This document shows positions 48,559 through 58,288 of a DNA stretch of 64,000 nt, piece after piece. Source of the stretch: Candidatus Harrisonbacteria bacterium (GTDB taxonomy: Bacteria; Patescibacteriota; Minisyncoccia; UBA6257; UBA11618); assembly GCA_016867415.1 (NCBI GenBank), contig VGJO01000002.1, positions 6,835-70,834 of the forward strand, written 5' to 3'. Below the pieces are notes generated by a model, which was not told the origin of the DNA, made no database searches, and was given only the letters and a program-made list of their open reading frames with translations. Within the stretch, counting starts at the first letter, position 1. Every line of letters starts with the position of its first letter. The translations under genes and the position numbers were made by a program.

Positions 48559-49524
48559 ATGAAATTATTAAGCGACCTTTCCCAAGAAAGTCTCTTGGGA
48601 AAGAGAGTGCTTACGAGAATTAATCTCGATATCAAGCAAGCCGGCGACGCCTACCGCCTAGAAGCCGCCCTCCCGACTCTCCGCTATATTCTAGAAGCCG
48701 GCGGAAAGCCCGTCCTCCTCTCCCACCGCGGCCGCCCTCTAAAGAAAGACAAAAAATTATCCCTAGAGCCATTCATTGGCGAGCTTCAGACTAAACTTGG
48801 TGAATCTATAGATTGGCTAGAAAACCTTCGCTTTGACGAACGAGAGATGACGGGTGACTTAGAATACGCCGAGAGTCTTGCCAGTCGCGGCGACCTTTAT
48901 GTAAATGATGATTTTGCCACCAGTCATCGTGCCCATGCTTCGATCGTCGGCATCACCAATTTTCTTCCCTCCTATGCTGGTCTCCATCTTGCCGAAGAAG
49001 TTCGCATCCTCTCCGAAGCCCGCGACAATCCCAAGACTCCCCTCGTAGTCATCCTCGGTGGTATTAAAGTTGAGGACAAAGTCGGTGTCATCGAACATCT
49101 CCTCCCTAAAGCCAAAGCCATCCTTATGGGCAGCGCCTATCATAAAGCCGATCATCCCGCTCTTCTCCATGATTCGGTCCTTCTTCCTCTCGATGAAGTA
49201 AGAAACAATGATGGTGAATCCCGAGACATTGGCAAAAAAACTATCGCCCTCTATAAAAAAGCGCTTGAAGGTGCTGCAACCATTATCTGGGCCGGACCGC
49301 TAGGCGAAGTAGAGAAAAAAAAATTTGCCACAGGCTCCCGTGAAATCATGGCCGCCATCGTGGAAAGCGACGCCTTCAGTATTGTTGGTGGCGGCGACAC
49401 CACCGCCTTCCTAATGAAAGAAAATACCTTAAAAAAATTCAGCTTCGTCTCCACAGGCGGCGGTGCCATGCTCGCCTTCATGGCCGGCGCCGAGCTCCCC
49501 GGCCTCAAAGCTCTCCAAAAATAA
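48559..49524 (+). CDS. pgk: phosphoglycerate kinase (shortened)
   Basis: SHRGRP, LENLRF, ND.F..SHRAHAS, GGIKVEDK, GGGDT, STGGGA. Confidence 0.95.
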   Translation: MKLLSDLSQESLLGKRVLTRINLDIKQAGDAYRLEAALPTLRYILEAGGKPVLLSHRGRPLKKDKKLSLEPFIGELQTKLGESIDWLENLRFDEREMTGDLEYAESLASRGDLYVNDDFATSHRAHASIVGITNFLPSYAGLHLAEEVRILSEARDNPKTPLVVILGGIKVEDKVGVIEHLLPKAKAILMGSAYHKADHPALLHDSVLLPLDEVRNNDGESRDIGKKTIALYKKALEGAATIIWAGPLGEVEKKKFATGSREIMAAIVESDAFSIVGGGDTTAFLMKENTLKKFSFVSTGGGAMLAFMAGAELPGLKALQK

Positions 49525-49539
49525 TCCTCTAACAAGTCA

Positions 49540-49595
49540 ATTTGAGTGAAGGACTTACTGAAAAAAGGGAAAAATCGCCAAAAGTATGAGTGTCC
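49540..49595 (+). repeat. dispersed palindromic element, 3' fragment I
   Basis: aaaaatcgccaaaagtatgagtgtcc. Confidence 0.65.
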
Positions 49596-50020
49596 TACTT
49601 CCTAACTATCTTTAATTTCACTTTTCCCCCCACCCCCATTGGCCATCTTACCTCAATCTCTTCCTCTCCTAGCTTCTTAATTGTTTGTTTCAGTAAGACC
49701 TTCTCCTCTTTCACTCCTTTTTGTTCTAATTCTTTCTCTATCCTCTCTCGATTCACTCCTTCAAACACCTGGCCCCTATCCCCTGCAGAAACAGCAATCT
49801 CTATCCCCTCCGACTTTATTTTTTCGTATTCCTTTTCATATCGCGCTTTGCGCGCCTCCTCCTCCCGCTCCGCCTCCTTTTTCATACCTATCGCCCGCTC
49901 ATCCGAAAAAATCCCCAATCCTTTTTTAATAAGAAAATTCCTCCCATACCCCTCCGCCACATCTACTACTTGATTTCGCCGCCCCACTCCCTTCACGTCC
50001 TTTATAAGTAAGACTCTCAT
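49595..50020 (-). CDS. rplI: 50S ribosomal protein L9
   Basis: MRVLLIKDVKGVG, VAEGYGRNFLI, IKKLGE. Confidence 0.93.
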   Translation of the reverse strand: MRVLLIKDVKGVGRRNQVVDVAEGYGRNFLIKKGLGIFSDERAIGMKKEAEREEEARKARYEKEYEKIKSEGIEIAVSAGDRGQVFEGVNRERIEKELEQKGVKEEKVLLKQTIKKLGEEEIEVRWPMGVGGKVKLKIVRK

Positions 50021-50097
50021 ACAGCAGAAAAATATCAAATTTTCTCAATCTTGTCATTATTGTTTTCTCATCCCCTTCTCTAATATAATAAAGACCT

Positions 50098-50790
50098 ATG
50101 AAAATATTTTTTTCAATTCTCGCCCTCATCATTATCCTTGGCACCAGCGCTTATTTTTTTCTGAAAGATCCTGCCTCCAATGACAATACTCCTCCCGCAA
50201 TCGCAACAAGTACCCAAAGCACCTCGACTCAAGCCATCACTCCCGCCGAGATACTCGTTGTCGTTCCTGAAAAATCTACCCTCACTTGGACAGGTAACAA
50301 AATCATCCTGAAAAACTGGATCGACCAAGGTACCATCAAAATAAAAAGTGGCGAGCTTAGCCTCTCTGAAGCTGGTGATCCCATATCTAGCACCTTTGTC
50401 GTCGACATGACTTCAATCAAAGTCGAAAAGACTGGCATGGGCGCGAAAGGCATCCCGATTCTTACCAAAGTTTTGACCTCCCCTGAGTGGTTTAATAGTG
50501 CCACCTTCACCGCCTCCACTTTCGTGGCAAAAAATGTGGTAAAGAATTCCGACGGCACCTACGCCTTGAAAGGCGACCTCACAATCAAAGACAAGACGAA
50601 TCCTCAGGAAATCTCCGGCAAGCTCGAAAAGTCCGGCGACATCTATACCTTCGTAGGCAAGGCTGAAGTCGATCGCACTCTCTATGAAATTCGCTTTGGT
50701 TCCACTAAATTCTTCGATAATCTTGGGGATGGAATCGTCGCCGACAATTTTACTCTCGACTTCAAAATTACCTTCGCATCTGTGAAGTAA
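50098..50790 (+). CDS. YceI-like lipid/polyisoprenoid-binding protein
   Basis: STLTWTG, DMTSI, GDLTIKD, VDRT. Confidence 0.88.
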   Translation: MKIFFSILALIIILGTSAYFFLKDPASNDNTPPAIATSTQSTSTQAITPAEILVVVPEKSTLTWTGNKIILKNWIDQGTIKIKSGELSLSEAGDPISSTFVVDMTSIKVEKTGMGAKGIPILTKVLTSPEWFNSATFTASTFVAKNVVKNSDGTYALKGDLTIKDKTNPQEISGKLEKSGDIYTFVGKAEVDRTLYEIRFGSTKFFDNLGDGIVADNFTLDFKITFASVK

Positions 50791-50831
50791 TCTAGGAATA
50801 CTTTGCATTCAAAGCATTCGCTAATCGCATG

Positions 50832-50873
50832 AAGAAATCCCTTCAATACAATATTATATTGAAGGGATTTCTT
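50832..50873. terminator. hairpin between convergent genes
   Basis: aagaaatcccttcaata...tattgaagggatttctt. Confidence 0.7.
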
Positions 50874-50929
50874 TTTACGCAGATTCCTATTAAATTTGAC
50901 ACTAATAAAATAGAAAAGATGAACGCAAA

Positions 50930-51003
50930 GGAGCATACTGTGAGAAGTATGTGAGAAACCATTACAGAAAAAAAATCAAAAAAGACCAAAAAGTACGAGT
51001 GCC
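50930..51003 (+). repeat. dispersed palindromic element, 3' half copy J
   Basis: ggagcatac-tgtgagaa-gtatgtgag..gaaaaaaaatcaaaaaagaccaaaaagtacgagtgcc. Confidence 0.8.
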
Positions 51004-51018
51004 AAGAAGACTTCTGGT

Positions 51019-52302
51019 TTATTTTATAAGACTCCGAAGTATCTCTTCAGCCTTCAAATATTGAGTATCTTTTTTATTTTTAAAGTCTTCTTCACTCAAC
51101 TTCACCTCATAATCCGGCTTAATCCCATTCCCATCAATAACAAACCCCTTCGGCATCACCCAATGGGCAATCGTAAGTTTCACTGACGACCCATCTGGCA
51201 AATTTTTTAGTTCCTGAATCGTCCCCTTTCCAAACGATGTCTCCCCGATAATCGGCGTCCCTTTCTGATCCCGCAAAGCCCCCGCAAGAATCTCCGATGC
51301 GGAAGCCGATCCTTTATTTAACAAAACCACAATGGGAAAGTCCTTAAGCTCCGCATTCCCATGAGCAAGGAACTCCTGCTTCCTCCCATTTCGTCCCTCT
51401 TCATAGACCACTATCTTTCCCCTCTCTATAAAGATTCCGGCAATATCCACCGATACCTCAAGATACCCTCCTGGATTATTCCGAATATCAAGCACTATCC
51501 CCCGAGCCCCATCTCTAAGAGCTTCATTGATTTTATCTACAAAAAGCTGCCCGGAATTCTGATTGAAATTAAAAAGCTGAATATGTGCTATTCCTCCGTC
51601 TTTTTTAGTATAGGCCACCGATGGCAATTTTATTTCCTCGCGCACAATCGTCACTTCTTTTGACTTCTCATCATTTCCTTGAAGCAAAGTTAAAATCACC
51701 TTCGTACCAATCTCCCCGCGGATCATTTTCACCGTTTTTTCCAGCGCCATATTAGTCGTAGAAGAGCCATTAATCGCAAGAATTTTATCGCCTGGTTTCA
51801 GTCCTGCTCGCTCCGCCGGTGAGTCTTTCAAAGGTGCAATCACCACTGTAAAGTTCCCCTTCACTCCAATCTCTGCTCCAATTCCACCAAACTCTCCCTT
51901 GATATCATCCGCAAACCTTTTTGACTCCTCCGGTGGAAAAAATACGGAATATGGATCAGAAAGAGCGTCTACTAGTCCTAAAGCACTCCCCTGCACCATC
52001 TTCTCATTACTTATTTTATCCACTAGTAAATAATCCTTATTAATAAGATCCCAAGTCAGCCAAAAGGTATTAAAATCAGCGTTCCGTATCTCTGCTCCCT
52101 GCAGATTATCCACTCCTTTCACGATCACCGTCTTCGGACTCATCCGACCGATAAAGTAGCCATTAACTCCCGAAGCAATCACAAGTCCAATACCTAAAAG
52201 TATCCAAATGAACTTAAATCCAAATGCTGTTTTTTGCTTTGGCGCCGCAAGCAAAAACTCTTTTCCCTCTGGTATCATTTTTTCTGTCTCCATATTCATC
52301 AT
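51019..52302 (-). CDS. S41 C-terminal processing peptidase (CtpA-like)
   Basis: DPYS, GGIG PDZ, LDIRNNPGG, SASASEI, FGKG. Confidence 0.95.
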   Translation of the reverse strand: MMNMETEKMIPEGKEFLLAAPKQKTAFGFKFIWILLGIGLVIASGVNGYFIGRMSPKTVIVKGVDNLQGAEIRNADFNTFWLTWDLINKDYLLVDKISNEKMVQGSALGLVDALSDPYSVFFPPEESKRFADDIKGEFGGIGAEIGVKGNFTVVIAPLKDSPAERAGLKPGDKILAINGSSTTNMALEKTVKMIRGEIGTKVILTLLQGNDEKSKEVTIVREEIKLPSVAYTKKDGGIAHIQLFNFNQNSGQLFVDKINEALRDGARGIVLDIRNNPGGYLEVSVDIAGIFIERGKIVVYEEGRNGRKQEFLAHGNAELKDFPIVVLLNKGSASASEILAGALRDQKGTPIIGETSFGKGTIQELKNLPDGSSVKLTIAHWVMPKGFVIDGNGIKPDYEVKLSEEDFKNKKDTQYLKAEEILRSLIK

Positions 52303-52467
52303 TCAAGATCAACTATGAAATCTATATTTAATAAAAAAATTTCTTTAAAATTCAACCCATCTATTATATCCCACCTCCTCTTTTTTTCCTATAAGGATTA
52401 TTCCCCTAGTGGTATACTAAAAGGAAAGACAGTTGATATTGCCAATAAATATTTTTTATAGTAATAT

Positions 52468-52809
52468 ATGAATCTCTTTGGAAATATCTCTTTGGAAAAA
52501 TATCGGAAAACTCTCGGGGAACGCAAAAAAATAACTCGCGTTCATCATGATTTTCAGCTTCTCGGCATCGAGCTTTCTCAAATTCTTTGCGATACAAAAC
52601 ATAAAACTCTCTATATCAAACTCGCCAAATTTGGCGGCAAAGACAAAGATTATCTTCTCCGCCTCGCCAAGTGCGTCGCCGAAAAAAAAGATATTACAAA
52701 CAAAGGCGCTTACTTTATGCGAGTCCTAAAAATAAAAAACGATGACTATCATCACCGTACACAACAAAAAACAAGAACAAATCCTCCGTACCAAAACGGA
52801 CCCTTCTGA
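52468..52809 (+). CDS. hypothetical protein (overlaps def)
   Basis: 113-aa ORF; no recognised family. Confidence 0.55.
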   Translation: MNLFGNISLEKYRKTLGERKKITRVHHDFQLLGIELSQILCDTKHKTLYIKLAKFGGKDKDYLLRLAKCVAEKKDITNKGAYFMRVLKIKNDDYHHRTQQKTRTNPPYQNGPF

Positions 52810-53230
52810 TCTTACAAAAATTTCAGAGAAAGACCGCAGAGCTCTAGCCTATGAGATGCGCCGCATAATGAAGGCTCACGATGGCGTCGGCCTCTCGGCC
52901 AACCAACTCGGCCTCTCACACCGCTTCTTCATCGCCGAAAACAATCGCAAATTCTACGCCATCTGGAATCCAGAGATTTCCAAAATCTCTAATAAAAGCG
53001 CTACTGAAGAAGAAGGTTGCCTCTCGATTCCTGGCGTCTTTGGCCAAGTCTCCCGTTCCATCGCCGTCACTCTTACTGGCCTCGATCTCCGTGGTAAAAA
53101 AGTCTCTCACAAAGCAACTGGTTTCTTAGCCCGCATCTTCCAGCATGAGCTCGACCATCTTGATGGTATTCTCTTCACCGACAAAGCCACTAATATCCGC
53201 GAAGAATCCCTGCCCGTTTCTATACAATAA
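52742..53230 (+). CDS. def: peptide deformylase
   Basis: GVGLSANQ, EGCLS, QHELDHL. Confidence 0.97.
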   Translation: MTIITVHNKKQEQILRTKTDPSDLTKISEKDRRALAYEMRRIMKAHDGVGLSANQLGLSHRFFIAENNRKFYAIWNPEISKISNKSATEEEGCLSIPGVFGQVSRSIAVTLTGLDLRGKKVSHKATGFLARIFQHELDHLDGILFTDKATNIREESLPVSIQ

Positions 53231-53265
53231 AAAATCACTACAATGTAGTGATTTTTTATTGTATA
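53221..53265. terminator. perfect 22-bp inverted repeat between convergent def and helicase
   Basis: tatacaataaaaaatcactaca-a-tgtagtgattttttattgtata. Confidence 0.8.
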
Positions 53266-53270
53266 GATTC

Positions 53271-54704
53271 TTAGCGTCGGCCATCATAGCCTCCACTCCG
53301 AAAAGGTTTTCTTCCTGTCTGCCTAGGACCTCTCCTATATCCCGATCGAGAATTACCTCCCCTAAGCGAAGTAAATCCTCCTTCCCTTCGAGAACTAGAT
53401 CCATAATCTCGCGATCCGAATCCTGCGCTCGTACGTCGAGAAAAACCTCCTCTTTCAGCCCCATCTCTCGATCGAAAAGGCCGAGAAGAAAATCCACTGG
53501 TTCTTCGGGGTGAAAACGGTCTTCGAGAATTCGACTCACTGTAGCCTCGGGCGTAGGTGGATCTCTCATGCGATTCCTGAGCCGCCGCCGGTGGCAAGCC
53601 ACTCGCCCGAGATACCTTCACTGCTTTTTTGATCAATCGCTCAATCATCCGAATCTCCCGCTCCTCTTTTGGTAGAGCAAATGAGATAGCCTTTCCCTCC
53701 GCGCCCGCTCGCGCCGTCCGGCCGATGCGATGCACATAGTCCTCGGTCTTGCTTGGCAAATCATAATTTACGACAAGCGATATCCCTTTCACGTCAATTC
53801 CTCGCGCAGCAATATCAGTTGCCACAAGACAGCGATATTCACCCGACTGAAATCCAGAAAGCGCTCTCTTCCGCTGATTAAGCGATCGATTTGAATGAAT
53901 CTCCTCCGCCGTATACCCAGCCCGTTTCAAAGCTACAGTAATATGCTTCGCTCCATGTTTTGTCTTAGAAAAGACTAAAGTCATTCCCTGCGTTTCCTGC
54001 AAAATTTTAAGGAGCAAAGGAATTTTATCTTCCTTCCGCGCAATGAAAAATTCCTGCTCGATCTTATCTACTGTCTTTCCTGGTGGTGACACCTCGATCC
54101 GAAGCGGTGTCTTCATAAACGTCCGGGCGATATCCATCACCGAATCCTCTAGAGTTGCCGAAAAAAGCATCGTCTGCCGTTCCTTGGGCAAGACCTGCAA
54201 GATCTTCCGGATCTGAGGCTCAAAACCCATATCGAGCATCCGATCAGCTTCATCAAGCGCCAAAACACCGACATGAGAGAGGCTCACCGTCCGTTGCTGT
54301 AAGTGATCGATCAGCCGCCCTGGCGTCGCAATGATAATCTGGGGATTACTGCGAAGCGCTCTCACTTGCGGCCCCATTGGCATTCCTCCGATCAAAACTG
54401 CGGTTTTTAGCCCTAAACCTCGACCTACTTTGAGAAGCTCTCGTTCCACCTGTAGCGCCAGTTCCCGTGTCGGTAAAAGTACTAGACCCATCACCCCTTT
54501 CGTCTGCATGAGCGATTGGATCATTGGAATACCAAAAGCCAAGGTCTTTCCCGTCCCCGTCTCCGCGATTCCAATAAGATCCTTGCCTTCTAAAGCAATC
54601 GAGATTGACTTACCCTGGATCGGGGTTGGTGTCTCATAACCAATATTTTTTAATATATTCAAAATCCCCGGGGCAATCCCGAGGTCAGTAAATTGCGTCT
54701 GCAT
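53271..54704 (-). CDS. DEAD-box RNA helicase (RhlE-like) with RG/RS-rich tail
   Basis: Q motif, TGTGKT, PTRELA, DEAD, SAT, HRIGRTAR. Confidence 0.96.
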   Translation of the reverse strand: MQTQFTDLGIAPGILNILKNIGYETPTPIQGKSISIALEGKDLIGIAETGTGKTLAFGIPMIQSLMQTKGVMGLVLLPTRELALQVERELLKVGRGLGLKTAVLIGGMPMGPQVRALRSNPQIIIATPGRLIDHLQQRTVSLSHVGVLALDEADRMLDMGFEPQIRKILQVLPKERQTMLFSATLEDSVMDIARTFMKTPLRIEVSPPGKTVDKIEQEFFIARKEDKIPLLLKILQETQGMTLVFSKTKHGAKHITVALKRAGYTAEEIHSNRSLNQRKRALSGFQSGEYRCLVATDIAARGIDVKGISLVVNYDLPSKTEDYVHRIGRTARAGAEGKAISFALPKEEREIRMIERLIKKAVKVSRASGLPPAAAQESHERSTYARGYSESNSRRPFSPRRTSGFSSRPFRSRDGAERGGFSRRTSAGFGSRDYGSSSRREGGFTSLRGGNSRSGYRRGPRQTGRKPFRSGGYDGRR

Positions 54705-55237
54705 ATTTGCTAATAATCTGTAATTTTTTATCTAGATCTGCAGTTCGAGGCCGCAGCAGTATCTCCTCATGCCTGAAATCTAGATAAATCACTCAAAGTC
54801 ACCTACCCGTAAAAAATCTAAATTTCCCAAAAGCTTTTGCCACCATATCCAAATCTTGTACTTCTCTTCTGCCCAAGCTTTTCTATGTGAATAATACTGC
54901 CTATATTATACACTTTAACTATTGAATAAGTCAATAGGTTGTTATTCCAGGCTTGCCTTGCCTCGCCATAGGGTTAGTGAAGGAGGGGGTCGAAATCCAG
55001 TGCATATATTTCTGCCACCATAGGCGGCATTTATAAATTTTCTCCGTTTTTTCGTATTCTTTAATTAATAAATACTAATTTCTAAATACTTATTTCTCTC
55101 CCTATCTACTCAGCCACAATTTACTATTTTCCCATTCCCTGCTATAAAAATTTCGGACCTTTAAAATTTCATGGCAAGAAAATGGAATGGCTAAATAAAT
55201 CAGGTTCTCCTCTTACCCTCCTTTCCCGACACGGAAA

Positions 55238-55435
55238 ATGAAACATCTAGAAGATTTTGTGCTTCTTTCGTGTGCCCCTCTTCAAGAGTCAGGATTGCCT
55301 TTCCTGCAAAGAATCCCTCATCCTTATCTCTTCCCTTATTTCGAGACAGAAGGAAAGAACCCTTCAAAATGGACACGTTCTTCTGTCTCTCCTCTTTTCA
55401 CCAGAGAGAAAAAGCTGATAAAAAAAAGAATGTAA
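55238..55435 (+). CDS. possible small orphan protein
   Basis: lies between promoter-like TTTACT-N17-TATAAA (55120-55148) and terminator-like hairpin near 55518-55540. Confidence 0.3.
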   Translation: MKHLEDFVLLSCAPLQESGLPFLQRIPHPYLFPYFETEGKNPSKWTRSSVSPLFTREKKLIKKRM

Positions 55436-55570
55436 ATTTTCTCTGACCTTCATCTTTAATTAGAGAAAACAGCCCGTTTAGTAAAGCCCGCAACTTATCT
55501 CCAATCCCTTCTTCCCTGTTAAAAAACGGGGATTTTTTATCTATAAAAAATCACTCTTGCAGTTTTCATT

Positions 55571-56113
55571 TCACTTAGATAATAGCTTTCCAAACCGTTC
55601 CTTAACTTTTTCAAGCTTTGGGTTTATAACTATTTCGCAGTAAGAATTATCCGGATTCTTTGCAAAATAATCTTTATGGTAATCCTCCGCTTCATAGAAA
55701 TTTGTCAGTGGCTCTACCTCCGTCACTATAGGCTCGCCTAAAGTATGCGAATTATTTATTTCTTCTATAAATTGCTTGACTTGCTCTTTTTGGGCCTGAG
55801 TCGTATAAAAAACTACCGACCGATATTGCGTTCCCACATCATTTCCCTGTCTATTTTTTGTTGTTGGGTCATGACTACCAAAAAATACTGTAAGCAAATC
55901 AGGAAAACGTACCACGTCCGGATTATACTCCACCCGTACCACCTCCGCGTGCCCTGTTCCACCCATAGACACTGATTCATATGTTGGATTGAACGTCGTC
56001 CCTCCCGCATACCCTGGCATGACCGAGATTACACCCGCAAGCATCCGAAAGACTGCTTCCGTGCACCAGAAGCACCCGCCACCAAAAACAATAACCTCTG
56101 TTTTTGTTTTCAT
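55571..56113 (-). CDS. msrA: peptide-methionine (S)-S-oxide reductase
   Basis: GGCFWC, GHAEVV, HDPT..NRQGND.GTQYRS, AEDYH. Confidence 0.98.
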   Translation of the reverse strand: MKTKTEVIVFGGGCFWCTEAVFRMLAGVISVMPGYAGGTTFNPTYESVSMGGTGHAEVVRVEYNPDVVRFPDLLTVFFGSHDPTTKNRQGNDVGTQYRSVVFYTTQAQKEQVKQFIEEINNSHTLGEPIVTEVEPLTNFYEAEDYHKDYFAKNPDNSYCEIVINPKLEKVKERFGKLLSK

Positions 56114-56127
56114 ATATCCCTATAATA

Positions 56128-56161
56128 ACAAAAACCCTCTTCTAAGAAAGAGGGTTTTTGT
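56128..56161 (-). terminator. terminator hairpin
   Basis: acaaaaaccctctt...aagagggtttttgt. Confidence 0.7.
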
Positions 56162-56178
56162 GACTACTCTCAAACCCT

Positions 56179-56376
56179 TTACTCGTTGAACGCAGTGACT
56201 AGCATATAGATCGCAGAGAGGCCTACAAGGCCAAAAACTACCCGCGAAGCTAGCGACATGGTGCCAAAGATGCTGGTCACCAAGTTAAAATCGAATGCTC
56301 CGACAAGACCCCAGTTTAAACCGCCAACAATGACGAGAATAAATGCAATCCATCCTAATGCACCCATATTTTTCAT
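56179..56376 (-). CDS. DUF378 family small membrane protein
   Basis: LVIVGGLNWGLVG..FNLV..IFG, LVGLSA. Confidence 0.9.
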   Translation of the reverse strand: MKNMGALGWIAFILVIVGGLNWGLVGAFDFNLVTSIFGTMSLASRVVFGLVGLSAIYMLVTAFNE

Positions 56377-56715
56377 AAATGTAGTTATGATTATTGAGTA
56401 ATAGACGACCCTTTGTTTAAGTATACCATTTTCCCTTTTTATCTAAAAATTTTCCGCTAAAAGCGTATGCACAAATGACCTCGTCCGCTCGTAAGAGCCA
56501 ATTTGGTTCTGGCGAAATTATGTCCGAACTTTTTTCTAACAAACACAGCAAACGTACATGCTCTTCGAAATTTTCGAAATCGAAAGATGCCTAAGTTTGC
56601 TGGGGGAAGCTAACATTTTTATTTCAGAAGATATTAAGTTTAAATTTAGTTTAGCCAATATCGTTACGGTTAAAGAATCACATATTTGCTAATTTTTTCC
56701 ATTTTTCATCTGTGA

Positions 56716-56880
56716 AATTGTAGCCTTGTTCTACAAGAGTCTCCAAAACCTTATTTAGAACAATTGAAGATAATTCTATCAAACCTTAGAGTAGAAAATA
56801 GAAATGTTTGCTACAAAACGGTAAAACCATTTGATTCAATTCTGATCTCTGCAAATAGTCAATCCTGGCTGGGGATTTAA
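56716..56880 (+). pseudogene. probable C-terminal remnant of a large serine recombinase
   Basis: LKIILSNLRVEN..KPFDSIL..SWLGI*, resembling recombinase tails that end at tRNA att sites; 140 bp from tRNA-Gln 3' end. Confidence 0.45.
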
Positions 56881-57020
56881 ATTCTACAAACTTTTGAAAT
56901 CATCTTGCCGAACTTGATTCACAAATACAAGAAACGAAATATAAACTGACGGAATGGCCCGCCCCGCCAGCTGGCTGGGCGAACTAAACTCGTCGTCGGG
57001 AAATTTTGAGTTATCCTTGT

Positions 57021-57094
57021 TGGCTGCGGGACCTGGATTCGAACCAAGATTACCTGATCCAGAGTCAGGCGTCCTGCCTTTAGACGATCCCGCA
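57021..57094 (-). tRNA. tRNA-Gln(CUG), CCA encoded
   Basis: TGCGGGA acceptor, CCTGA-CT-CTG-GA-TCAGG, GGTTCGAATCC. Confidence 0.95.
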
Positions 57095-57235
57095 ATACTG
57101 TGATGTGATTACACGTTTTTAGATTCTAGTTTATAATAAGAAAGCCATCTGAAGACCTGGATCCTGAATTAATTTTAGGATGACATTCATTTATCTCTCT
57201 AATAAAATCGATAAATCCAGTAAAATATACTACAA

Positions 57236-57832
57236 ATGAACTACTTTGAAAAGAGTCTTTCTTACATTTTCCTCGTTTCCTTCATCACTTTTGGAACCCC
57301 CTCCTTCGCCCACAAAGAAATTAAGAAAGAGGCCATCTCAAACGCTTCCGCATGCGAAAACGTTGACGATGAATTTAATATTTTCTTCGACGGGTTATCG
57401 ACCGAGTTTGAAGATCATGGAGTACACTGCATTAAAGGCCACGAGGATCTCTCTCTCCACATCCACGCATACATAAAAATCTATGTAGACGGTGTCGAGG
57501 ACCCTATCCCCGCAGGGATTGGCCTTACGGACACCTGCTTGGCCGAGATTCACACCCATAAAGAGACCGGCAAGATCCATATTGAATCCTCGGATGCCAC
57601 TCGTTCCTTCTCCTACCAAACTTTTTTTGACATATGGGAAAGAAACATTGACCGCCCTGGCTACACCCTAAAAATCACCCTCAATAAAAAATCCATCTCA
57701 CCCACCGACTTCCTGCAAAGCACCATCACCCCAAATGACCAAGTCCGACTCGACTACAAAGAGACTATTTTCCACCATCTACGTTCGCTCGTCGGTCAAT
57801 TCTTCTTTTTTTTCACAAAGAAGGAAGCATAA
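57236..57832 (+). CDS. exported His/Cys-rich putative metal-binding protein
   Basis: signal peptide; HIH, IPAGIG, C, IHTH, IHIE. Confidence 0.7.
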   Translation: MNYFEKSLSYIFLVSFITFGTPSFAHKEIKKEAISNASACENVDDEFNIFFDGLSTEFEDHGVHCIKGHEDLSLHIHAYIKIYVDGVEDPIPAGIGLTDTCLAEIHTHKETGKIHIESSDATRSFSYQTFFDIWERNIDRPGYTLKITLNKKSISPTDFLQSTITPNDQVRLDYKETIFHHLRSLVGQFFFFFTKKEA

Positions 57833-57857
57833 ATCTCGGACCCTTCTCTTAAAAAAA

Positions 57858-58271
57858 TTACTCATGCATCTCCTCCGCCTTATGTGCGAGGTAATGAGAC
57901 CCTTCATAAAAAACAAGGAAGGTATAGTAAATGGCTACGGTTGCCATCCCCGTAATCATCCAGGAAACAAAAAATTGCAAAATCGTGAAAGCTGTCCCGC
58001 TCACCGCATAAAAGATAGGTGGCACCCATCCGCCAATCGGCAAAAAAGCAAAATTGAAAAAGAAACTAAGCCAAAAAGTGAAGCATACCCCGCAGGTAAG
58101 CAATTTGCGCATGAAGTAGGGTAAAGCCTCAATCCGAGATTTAACAAAGCTCTCACGGCTAAAAATTCGCCACAAAGTGACGATCGCCGAAAGAAAGAGA
58201 GTAGACAAAAAAAGATTAGTAAACATAAGAAATATAAAAATGGTGAGCGCCGTAAAAAAACGGACGCCCAC
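57858..58271 (-). CDS. membrane protein with CxxC (DUF1360-like)
   Basis: LLTCGVCFTFW; about three TMs. Confidence 0.65.
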   Translation of the reverse strand: MGVRFFTALTIFIFLMFTNLFLSTLFLSAIVTLWRIFSRESFVKSRIEALPYFMRKLLTCGVCFTFWLSFFFNFAFLPIGGWVPPIFYAVSGTAFTILQFFVSWMITGMATVAIYYTFLVFYEGSHYLAHKAEEMHE

Positions 58272-58288
58272 CGGTAGTGATCAGCTTT

